Below are positions 47,710 to 55,164 of a stretch of DNA of 64,000 bases, in pieces. The position numbers were made by a program, and so were the translations under genes. The notes beneath the pieces are model-generated. The model did not search any database. It saw nothing but the letters and a program-made list of their open reading frames with translations, and was not told the DNA's origin. Source of the DNA: a virus; the IMG/VR virus record IMGVR_UViG_3300012683_000008, positions 1-64,000 of that record. One strand, written 5' to 3'. Position 1 is the stretch's first letter. Each line of letters starts with the position of its first letter.

Positions 47710-47824
47710 GTTGTGCCCTTACCCTGCGCCAGGTGAGGAAGTCACGATCGACCAGACCCTACCCTTGCGCAGCAAGGGTCCTCAGGCCCGTCGGCAGGGT
47801 ACATGAAAACAGACTCTTGCCCAA

Positions 47825-47832
47825 GGTATAAG
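47825..47832 (+). promoter_or_regulatory. Putative phage promoter motif GGTATAAG
   Basis: Recurrent motif heading a plus-strand cassette. Confidence 0.6.
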
Positions 47833-47871
47833 GTCAGAGTCGTAGAGTAACAGCTCTGCGACGGAGGGATC

Positions 47872-48024
47872 ATGGGACCAGACGACAAAGATGAAGAGAA
47901 GCCGAAGTCGCAGTCCGAGATGTTCGAAAAGGAACGCAACGATGCGTTCTTCAGTCATCTCGATGGGGAGAAGAAAGAAGACGAAGAGGAAGAGGAGAAG
48001 AAGCCGGCAGAGGAACCGAAGTGA
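47872..48024 (+). CDS. Small acidic protein (50 aa), not in ORF track
   Basis: GGAGG RBS; MGPDDKDEEKPKSQSEMFEKERNDAFFSHLDG. Confidence 0.65.
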   Translation: MGPDDKDEEKPKSQSEMFEKERNDAFFSHLDGEKKEDEEEEEKKPAEEPK

Positions 48025-48129
48025 AGATCTTCCTGCTGGGAATACTGATCCGAGTCCTCCAGTACGTCGTGTGGACTCTCCACGTCGAGTACCAACGTCT
48101 CTCAGGGATGACCCTGAACTGAGGTCCGA

Positions 48130-48612
48130 ATGCTCGCCTCTTGTCCCATTCTCTTCTTGAGTACGGGTGGCCAGTTAGACAAACGAGGCAGGCCTCTTTT
48201 TACCTTCAACGGAACTGAGATGGTGCCTCTGGGAAATCCAGAGGCACGTCTCAACTGCGATCGAGCGTACGACTGCGGAGTCTGCACCCTGCTCCACAGA
48301 TGGCTCGAAGCCAGAACCGCTGAGGGGTACTCCTTTGGGTGGGAGTGCGACCGCTGCCTCAAGTACACCCTGGAGCTCGACAGGACGAACAACATCGAGC
48401 GCATCGTCACCGGCTACTACCAGGCCGGGAGAAAGTTCGACATCGATCCAGGGGATGAGGCCTTTGATCCCGACAGGCCTGGCCTCGATGGATGCACCCA
48501 CGTTCATGAGTTCGAAGACCCCGAAGTGAACAAACAAGCGGGCGAGAGATGCTGCTGGGAGACTTCCTTCCTGCAACTCGTCCTGCGCAGAAGGAGAGCG
48601 GATGGCCGATGA
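48130..48612 (+). CDS. Cys-rich hypothetical protein
   Basis: GAGG RBS; CGVC and CDRC. Confidence 0.65.
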   Translation: MLASCPILFLSTGGQLDKRGRPLFTFNGTEMVPLGNPEARLNCDRAYDCGVCTLLHRWLEARTAEGYSFGWECDRCLKYTLELDRTNNIERIVTGYYQAGRKFDIDPGDEAFDPDRPGLDGCTHVHEFEDPEVNKQAGERCCWETSFLQLVLRRRRADGR

Positions 48613-49015
48613 AATTCCCCCATACCCGTTCTTCCAACAACCCGACTACGTCCAAGCATTCGAACCGGCTCAGTACCAGCCGGTGCCAGTGCCTCAAGCT
48701 CATGTGGAGTCGCAGAAGAACCTGACCTGCGACTACTGCAAAGAGCCCATCGTCGAAGGCGATGAGGCTATCAATGGGCTCTACGGAACGGCCAGCAAGG
48801 GTAGGAAGAGCGGACGCCTGATGGTGATGCCCGACAAGAACATTCCAGCGGGCGAGTTCAACATTCACATCATCTGCGTCTCAGGGTTCGTCGAAGAGAA
48901 CCTGCCCGAGGCTGCGGATGAGATTCGCCAGATGGAGTACGAGCCAGGAGACGAAGAAGCCGAGATCTTCTGCGCCAACTGTGACGCTAAGATCACCGAT
49001 GACAACGTCGGCTGA
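48602..49015 (+). CDS. Zn-finger hypothetical protein
   Basis: AAGGAG RBS; CDYC, HIIC, CANC. Confidence 0.7.
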   Translation: MADEIPPYPFFQQPDYVQAFEPAQYQPVPVPQAHVESQKNLTCDYCKEPIVEGDEAINGLYGTASKGRKSGRLMVMPDKNIPAGEFNIHIICVSGFVEENLPEAADEIRQMEYEPGDEEAEIFCANCDAKITDDNVG

Positions 49016-49229
49016 GCCGGTCTGGAAAGAAGACGTCGAGAAGGAAGTGGAGTACCTCGGAGAGGGATCTCGGACCCTCGCTGAGTTCTACCATCGACTC
49101 AAAGCCCATCAGGCACCTGCCGCACTGCTCGATGAACTAGCAGCAGCGTGGCAGGGCCTTGACGGCTCTCGACGTCGTCTCGAAGCACTGCTGGCGTGCT
49201 TCCCACCAGAACCAAGGACCACAAGATGA
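48999..49229 (+). CDS. Hypothetical protein
   Basis: Overlap-coupled small ORF. Confidence 0.5.
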   Translation: MTTSAEPVWKEDVEKEVEYLGEGSRTLAEFYHRLKAHQAPAALLDELAAAWQGLDGSRRRLEALLACFPPEPRTTR

Positions 49230-49429
49230 GACAGATGTCGGACAAGATGTTCACTGCGGTGGTGATCTCAGCGCTTCTCGCCTTTCTAGGGGCCCTGGGT
49301 TTTCTCATCTGGGCCACAAGGCCAACGGCAGCGAAGTACGAGGAGTGTCGACACTACTGCGCTCGCATGGATGCCCCTTCTTGGCAGTACGGAGCTCACG
49401 GATGCTTATGCGGAGGACCTACAAATTGA
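49226..49429 (+). CDS. Small membrane protein with Cys-rich C-terminus
   Basis: TM helix then C..C..CLC; ATGA overlap. Confidence 0.55.
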   Translation: MRQMSDKMFTAVVISALLAFLGALGFLIWATRPTAAKYEECRHYCARMDAPSWQYGAHGCLCGGPTN

Positions 49430-49782
49430 GTCGACCAAGCTTACAGAGAGTCAAAGAGTTCTCCGACGGCCTACCTTCATTCGGGAAGGTTCTGCGTGAG
49501 AAACGTGAAGCGAAGAGGATGACCATTCGAGGAACCGGAGAAGCATCCGGCATGGGCGCCTCGGACTGGAGCTACATCGAACACGGCCGCCTCTGGCCCC
49601 AGGAGAAGTACTACGACTTCTTGGCCACGTTCCTCGACACTTCTCCAGCGATGCTGAGGCAGGACATCAAGCGCATTCAGCATGAGCAGGAGCTGTGGAT
49701 GAAGAAGTACCAGGACGTCGCGGACTGGCTCAAGAAGATGGGCGAGAACAATGCGGCTATCCGAACGCTTGTCCTCCGCTAG
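49426..49782 (+). CDS. XRE-family HTH regulator
   Basis: FGKVLREKREAKRMT...WSYIEHGR; GGAGG RBS before TTG. Confidence 0.75.
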   Translation: MSRPSLQRVKEFSDGLPSFGKVLREKREAKRMTIRGTGEASGMGASDWSYIEHGRLWPQEKYYDFLATFLDTSPAMLRQDIKRIQHEQELWMKKYQDVADWLKKMGENNAAIRTLVLR

Positions 49783-50005
49783 GGAGAGGTACTGGAAGCT
49801 CAGCGGCTTCTCCCACCCTGAGGCCATTCGGCTCTACAAGCTCACCATCCAGCTTCGAGAGATGCCGGGTGGTGAGTGTCAGGTCATCCGGTTCATCGAC
49901 AAAGAGGAACACGAGCGGGTGATCATGGCGCCAATCCACTGGCCGTACGAACACGGAGCTCTCGTGCTGGCACGGGCCAAGAGCTGGAAGGAGCTAGGAC
50001 TGTGA
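49751..50005 (+). CDS. Hypothetical protein
   Basis: Coupled ORF. Confidence 0.55.
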   Translation: MRLSERLSSARERYWKLSGFSHPEAIRLYKLTIQLREMPGGECQVIRFIDKEEHERVIMAPIHWPYEHGALVLARAKSWKELGL

Positions 50006-50247
50006 GGAACTTTCTACGCCGCCTGAGGATCTGGCTGCTCGATCTCAGGTGCCCTGTCTGCTCTCTTGAGCTGGTCGACGAAGCAGGGTCAGCGATTCAC
50101 TGTGTCGAAAGGCACTACGTCCGCATCGAGATTCCGATGCAGGGCGGAGGTCTCTGCAAGATCGAACGCTACGACGAAGATGCGGAAGAGAATCTCTTCG
50201 TGTACGGCCACGAATCCTGTGATCATGGAATCGTGGGCTACGTGTAA
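50002..50247 (+). CDS. Hypothetical protein with CPVC
   Basis: GTGA overlap, ends just before a terminator. Confidence 0.55.
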   Translation: MRNFLRRLRIWLLDLRCPVCSLELVDEAGSAIHCVERHYVRIEIPMQGGGLCKIERYDEDAEENLFVYGHESCDHGIVGYV

Positions 50248-50250
50248 GGG

Positions 50251-50285
50251 GAGAAACGACCGGGCCGGGTCGTTTCTCTTTAGCC
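50251..50285 (+). terminator. Hairpin terminator followed by TTTAGCC
   Basis: GAGAAACGACC / GGTCGTTTCTC then TTTAGCC. Confidence 0.8.
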
Positions 50286-50368
50286 TTCGAACCGCAGCAC
50301 AACAGGAGAGAGGAAGCTCAGCGTCTGTTCTAGGTCCCTCAACGGTTCCAAGACGCCTTGCTACAAGC

Positions 50369-50635
50369 CTACGTTGCGGAAGGTGCCACTACGGGGTTGG
50401 GCTCTTCATCCGCCCACTTCCAGTAGTTGCCGTGCACCGGAGTCGCACTCTTGTGCGAGACAGACGTGTACCTCTTGATCTGCCTGCCGTAGGGATCCGT
50501 CTCAGCCTCGTTGTCGCTCAGCACGACGACGTTGATGCATGTCGGTCCCCAGACTGCGGTGACCAAGGCGTTGGACGGCTTGCCCACTGGATCCATGTAC
50601 TCGACGACACTTCCAACTTTCAGCTCTTTGCTCAT
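50369..50635 (-). CDS. Small SH3-like hypothetical protein
   Basis: LKVGSVVEY..ALVTAVW..INVVV. Confidence 0.65.
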   Translation of the reverse strand: MSKELKVGSVVEYMDPVGKPSNALVTAVWGPTCINVVVLSDNEAETDPYGRQIKRYTSVSHKSATPVHGNYWKWADEEPNPVVAPSAT

Positions 50636-50690
50636 TGCCTCTCTCCTGCGTGCTACTCCGCCCACTATGGGCGGGTAGTTCAGGAATCTC

Positions 50691-50957
50691 TCAGAGAATC
50701 AGCCCGCGAATCGTGTCCTTGGCGAAGGTCCACAAGAACTGACCCTCGGTCGTCGGGTCAAGCTCCTTCTTGCCTTCGGGACCAGGAGTCGCCTCGTCCC
50801 ACTTCTTCTGAACTCTCGCCTGCATCCTCTTGACGGCCTCGAAGACGACGACTGCGGCACGATCTGCCTGGCCGGCGTCAGGAGCGTGACCACGAGTCTT
50901 GATGAGGTCACGGATGTCAGCGAGCATCTTTTCATCTGTGGTGTTCTTGAGTGCCAT
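50691..50957 (-). CDS. Hypothetical protein
   Basis: Directly downstream of the portal gene. Confidence 0.65.
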   Translation of the reverse strand: MALKNTTDEKMLADIRDLIKTRGHAPDAGQADRAAVVVFEAVKRMQARVQKKWDEATPGPEGKKELDPTTEGQFLWTFAKDTIRGLIL

Positions 50958-50959
50958 GT

Positions 50960-52984
50960 TCAGCTCACCGGGGCGGGACGACGAGAAGGCTTCTGCTGCG
51001 GAATCGGACTCTGCGTCGGGTTCAACGGATCGGCCTGTGATCCCTGCTCGCTCTGGAGGAGACGGAAGACCACCATGTAGAGCTGGGGGTTCGACATCTT
51101 CATCCGGTTGAGCTCTTGGTACTTCTGAGCCTCAGGCATGCCCTGGAGCTTCTCGGCTGCACGCTTGGCGAGGTACAGGATGTTCGCACCTCCACCCTGC
51201 ATGCCCATCGTGAGTGGGCTCTGCATCTGCTGCGGAACACCTTCCTGAGGTGCCTGCTGGGCATTCTCCATCGAGACCGAAGAGCCCGGAGGCATCGCTG
51301 GGTCGACCGCCTGCCCGTCGAGCATCTCGCCTTCTTGCCCCGTCTGACCTCCGCCCTCTTGCCCTGGTGCCCCTCCTCCTGGAGGAGCCCCTTCCATGCC
51401 TGGCGCTCCGCCCTGGGGCATGGCGGCCATCATGATCTGCTGGGCCTGAGCCTGGTAGCGGGCCGTGACGACCTGCACTTCGCCCTGCACACCAGCCTGA
51501 GCGAGCTGCATCTTCCTCTGGTACTCCAGCTCCTTGTCGAGCTCGCCCTTCCGGCGCTCGGCCTCGACGATCGGGTCGAAGTCGGCTTCTTGGAGCATGG
51601 TCTGCTTCGAGATCATCATCGCCTGGTTCATCTGGAAGAAGAACGCAGTGCGCTGGAGATCGTCCGCCATCTTGAACCGGCGCATGTGGGCCTTCACTAC
51701 CGGCCAGCCCATGAACTCGGCGATGCGTTTGATGACGAACTTGTTGAGCATCAGGTGGTGGTCCGTGCGGTACCCGATGAACATGTTCTCCAGCATCCGC
51801 ATCGAGACGTTGGAGCCGGAGTACTGCATGCCGCCGAAAACGAACTCTTCGGGCACGCCCATGCCAGCCACGATGTGCCGGCTCCAGACTTCCATCTCCT
51901 GGTAGAGGCCGAGGGCCTTACCGTCTCCGCCGATGGACTCGTTGCCGATCGGCAGCGGCATGATGGGGATGTAGTTCTGGTCGTACTTCCACTTGGCGAT
52001 CTCCGACTCGATCCGACCCTTCCAGTTGTCGAGGTTGATCGTGGTGTACGGGTCGGCCGTGCCACCGTTGCCGGTCGGGAAGAGAACTCGCAGAGGAACG
52101 ATGTGCTCCTGAGCGATGGCTTCCTGAGCCTTGCGGAGGATCTGAAGGTAGAACGTATCCTTCAGCACCGGGAAGATGAGCGGCATGCCCCAGCCCATGT
52201 CCTTCTGGCTGATGATGGGCCGCTTGAAGACGAAGATGTTGTCGTCGGAGAACCGGATGAACTTGTTCCGACGCATCGCCTCGATGAACGTGTCGGGCAC
52301 GGTGTCGAGAACGTTCTTCTTCCCGAGGATGATGTCGTTCTTGAGCTGGATGGGGATCTCGAAGGTGTAGACCGGATCCGCTCCTGCGAAAGCTGGGTCG
52401 ACGTTGATGTACTCGGGGTTCCACCGCATCAGGCGAATGCGGCGGACGTCTCGCTCGAAGTAGTCGAGCACCTTCGCCGGGCCGTAGTGGCTGCACTTGT
52501 CGCACTGGATGATGTAGTCGAAGTTCTTCCAGGTGTAGGCCAGCTTCGAGGCCTTCTCCTTGTGCTTGCAGCGCTCGCAGATGAGCCACTTCGTGTACGG
52601 GAAGTGAACCGTGACGACGCACATCCCGTAGGTGTAGTAGTCGAGACCGACCTCGATCTGAAACGCTCGGTACCGCAGCATCTCTCCGAGAAGTGTCTCC
52701 CACTTCTCTTTGACTTCTTTCCTCTCCTCGTCGACGACGATCTCCGTCACCGGGTACTCGCTCATCTTGTGGACCACTGCGTTGATGAGCGGATTGACGA
52801 GGTAGTAGTACCGGCACCACCTCATCAGCGCCTTCATCGAAGGCGGGAGGTACGTGTGGCCGATGTCGAAGAATGGAGAGGGGTATCGGACGCCGCTCCG
52901 GCTCATGCCGTCAGCGGTACGCCCACGCTGACCGGAGAACCGGGACGTTCCCGAGAAACCAAGACCAAGATTGTCGAAGCTCAA
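50960..52984 (-). CDS. Portal protein
   Basis: NPLINAVV.KMSEYP, GWGMPLI, AGMGVP.EFVFGG..YS; Zn-ribbon insertion; Q/G-rich tail. Confidence 0.8.
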   Translation of the reverse strand: MSFDNLGLGFSGTSRFSGQRGRTADGMSRSGVRYPSPFFDIGHTYLPPSMKALMRWCRYYYLVNPLINAVVHKMSEYPVTEIVVDEERKEVKEKWETLLGEMLRYRAFQIEVGLDYYTYGMCVVTVHFPYTKWLICERCKHKEKASKLAYTWKNFDYIIQCDKCSHYGPAKVLDYFERDVRRIRLMRWNPEYINVDPAFAGADPVYTFEIPIQLKNDIILGKKNVLDTVPDTFIEAMRRNKFIRFSDDNIFVFKRPIISQKDMGWGMPLIFPVLKDTFYLQILRKAQEAIAQEHIVPLRVLFPTGNGGTADPYTTINLDNWKGRIESEIAKWKYDQNYIPIMPLPIGNESIGGDGKALGLYQEMEVWSRHIVAGMGVPEEFVFGGMQYSGSNVSMRMLENMFIGYRTDHHLMLNKFVIKRIAEFMGWPVVKAHMRRFKMADDLQRTAFFFQMNQAMMISKQTMLQEADFDPIVEAERRKGELDKELEYQRKMQLAQAGVQGEVQVVTARYQAQAQQIMMAAMPQGGAPGMEGAPPGGGAPGQEGGGQTGQEGEMLDGQAVDPAMPPGSSVSMENAQQAPQEGVPQQMQSPLTMGMQGGGANILYLAKRAAEKLQGMPEAQKYQELNRMKMSNPQLYMVVFRLLQSEQGSQADPLNPTQSPIPQQKPSRRPAPVS

Positions 52985-53715
52985 GTAGTCCTCTCAGGAG
53001 GTGGATTGGCGGGTGCCGTGTGCTTCTTCTTGAGGTTTCGAGCGACCTCAACACCCTTGCCTACCAGTCCGCCAGCCTTTCTTCCAATCTGTCCGCCGAC
53101 GATGCCGCCAGCCAGTCCGAAAGGAGAGCCGATGATGCCACCGACCTGGTCTCCGATTGCCGTTCCGACACGAACCGTCCGGCTACGTCCTTGCCGCATC
53201 GGGTCTTCCTTCGACAGGGCCTCATGACCACCGGCGACGAGACCTGTGACAGCGAGAGCCTTCATGCCTGGGCCCATCTTGCCGAAGTCGGTGACGGAAG
53301 TCTGCCAGCCCTTCTTGAAAGACTGGACTGGGTTCGCGAACGCACTGACGGCGCTGCCTGCGTTCCGAATGCCACCCTGCACTGCACCGGGAGTGGCTTT
53401 GACGAGTCCCAATGCAGCAGAGGGAGCTGACCGAAGTCTGGAGCCGAGGTTCTGGATGAGGCCTGCATTCTTGAGGAGTCCAGGCAAGAACATGGCGCCG
53501 GTCGTCAGAGCCAGGCCTTTCCCTGCGCCCTTCAGAGCTCCGCCAAGGCGGCTCTTCTTCTCGCCTTTCTCATTGTGTCCTGGGCGCAAGGCGCCGTAGC
53601 CAGAACCAAGAAGGGCTCCCGCCATCATTATTTCGGAGACGGTGGTTGCCTTCTTCTCCATGGCGGCGATCTTCTCCAACTCATCCATGAAGGACAGGTA
53701 GGTTGCGGTTCTCAT
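52981..53715 (-). CDS. Leader-tagged glycine-zipper protein
   Basis: MRTATYLSFMDELEKIA; several GxxxG helices; ATGA overlap. Confidence 0.75.
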   Translation of the reverse strand: MRTATYLSFMDELEKIAAMEKKATTVSEIMMAGALLGSGYGALRPGHNEKGEKKSRLGGALKGAGKGLALTTGAMFLPGLLKNAGLIQNLGSRLRSAPSAALGLVKATPGAVQGGIRNAGSAVSAFANPVQSFKKGWQTSVTDFGKMGPGMKALAVTGLVAGGHEALSKEDPMRQGRSRTVRVGTAIGDQVGGIIGSPFGLAGGIVGGQIGRKAGGLVGKGVEVARNLKKKHTAPANPPPERTT

Positions 53716-54647
53716 GAGGCACCCAGCCACGAACGCAGAGAGACGAGCTGCTCGGCGAGCTGCCGTCTCCGAACGTTCATGTAGTCACGAGAGACGATGA
53801 GCTTGGCGACCTGAACGTCGACCTGGGTCTCTTGGAGTTCGATGTCCATCTCAGACTTCTTCCGAACTTCTTCCCAGCGGGTTTGGACTGGATCCGGGTC
53901 GTACTTCACGATCAGCGCCATCTTCTTCCCGAGTCCTGCCTCCAGAAGCTCTTGCTTGGGCCGCATCGAGAGGCCCTGCTCTGGGTCGAACTTCTCCGTG
54001 CAGTTGTCGCAGACGCCGTCGTGGAAGGCTGCCAGGAACGTCGAGTTGCAGTCTCCGCACTGGTAGAAGGGCCTGCTCACCTCGACTTGGATGAAGTCGA
54101 GAGGAGACGGGACGTAGAACACGTCTTCGTGCAGAACGGCGGCACCCATGTACTGCTTCACCTCGTCGGAGAACTCTTCACGACGAAGCGTGTCCATGAT
54201 GTCGATGCCGGCGTAGAGCTGTTCCAGGGACGGAGCCTGCATGATGTCGAAGTTGGGGACGTTGTTGTTCAACGCCTGAATGACCTTCTCGAAGACCTGC
54301 CACTGCATCCAAGGGGCATGGGAGACGTGCATCGTCTGCACGGCCATGATCTTGGCTCGATTGTGTTCCGAGACGTTGCTCTTGAACATGTCGAGAATGG
54401 AGGCCCAGATGGTCTCCGGCTCCCAGAGAAGCCAATCGAGCTGGAACGCCTTGATGAGGGCGAAGTCCAGCACGATGGGGTGAGCATCGTGGTGAGTGAA
54501 GAGGTTCCTCAGGGTGAGAGGAACGCGGAAGTCGGAGTCGGTCTTGGCCAACTCCTTCTCGACAGCGCCTCCCATGACGGGTGCCGTCTCTTTCACCTTC
54601 TCGGCTTCTGACAGCCGAGAATAGAGGTCGTCTTCTGGAGTCCTCAA
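53712..54647 (-). CDS. Hypothetical protein with Zn ribbon
   Basis: GGAG RBS before TTG 54647; CGDC and CDNC. Confidence 0.7.
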   Translation of the reverse strand: MRTPEDDLYSRLSEAEKVKETAPVMGGAVEKELAKTDSDFRVPLTLRNLFTHHDAHPIVLDFALIKAFQLDWLLWEPETIWASILDMFKSNVSEHNRAKIMAVQTMHVSHAPWMQWQVFEKVIQALNNNVPNFDIMQAPSLEQLYAGIDIMDTLRREEFSDEVKQYMGAAVLHEDVFYVPSPLDFIQVEVSRPFYQCGDCNSTFLAAFHDGVCDNCTEKFDPEQGLSMRPKQELLEAGLGKKMALIVKYDPDPVQTRWEEVRKKSEMDIELQETQVDVQVAKLIVSRDYMNVRRRQLAEQLVSLRSWLGAS

Positions 54648-54660
54648 AGCAACTCCGTTC

Positions 54661-55158
54661 TTACAACGAAATGGCTCTCTTCGCAGCAGCCGCAGGATTC
54701 CAGGCGTGTCCACCGGTTGCCACATTGGCAGCGAGGTGGGAAGCCCGGCTCATGTTGTTCGGGCTGGTGAGGGCCTTGCCAGCTTGCGCCATCGGCTTCG
54801 CCACACCTTTGGCGGCCTTCGCAGCGTCGGCCAGACGGTGCATGTTCATCATGGCGCCCATCGAAGGGGCGGCATGCTTCGGCATCTTCGAGGCGAGGCC
54901 CCGAAGCTTGGAGAGACCGCTCTTGCCGGCCTTCAGGGCATCACCTGCGTGCTCTGCGGCGACGCTGGCTCCGAGAAGACCGAGACCGCCCGCTTCCCAC
55001 TTGGCCTTGGTCTTTTCTTCTTTCGGAGCGGTCTTGCTCATCAACGTGTGAGCCACAGGCACGCCGAGAGCTCCGAGACCGGCCATGTCCAGCGCCGGCC
55101 CTAGAAGGGCGATCTTCTCCAGCTCATCCTGGAACGACAGCATCGTTGCGAGGTGCAT
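54661..55158 (-). CDS. Leader-tagged glycine-zipper protein
   Basis: MHLATMLSFQDELEKIA then LLGPALDMAGLGALG. Confidence 0.75.
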   Translation of the reverse strand: MHLATMLSFQDELEKIALLGPALDMAGLGALGVPVAHTLMSKTAPKEEKTKAKWEAGGLGLLGASVAAEHAGDALKAGKSGLSKLRGLASKMPKHAAPSMGAMMNMHRLADAAKAAKGVAKPMAQAGKALTSPNNMSRASHLAANVATGGHAWNPAAAAKRAISL

Positions 55159-55164
55159 GGTTCC

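Noticed and set aside
54661-55158. Double-glycine bacteriocin/RiPP precursors (ELEKI resembles GG-leader cores)
   Set aside because: No GG cleavage site, no C39 peptidase/ABC exporter or modifying enzymes in the window; the same K-x-A motif pervades capsid proteins, favouring prohead protease processing
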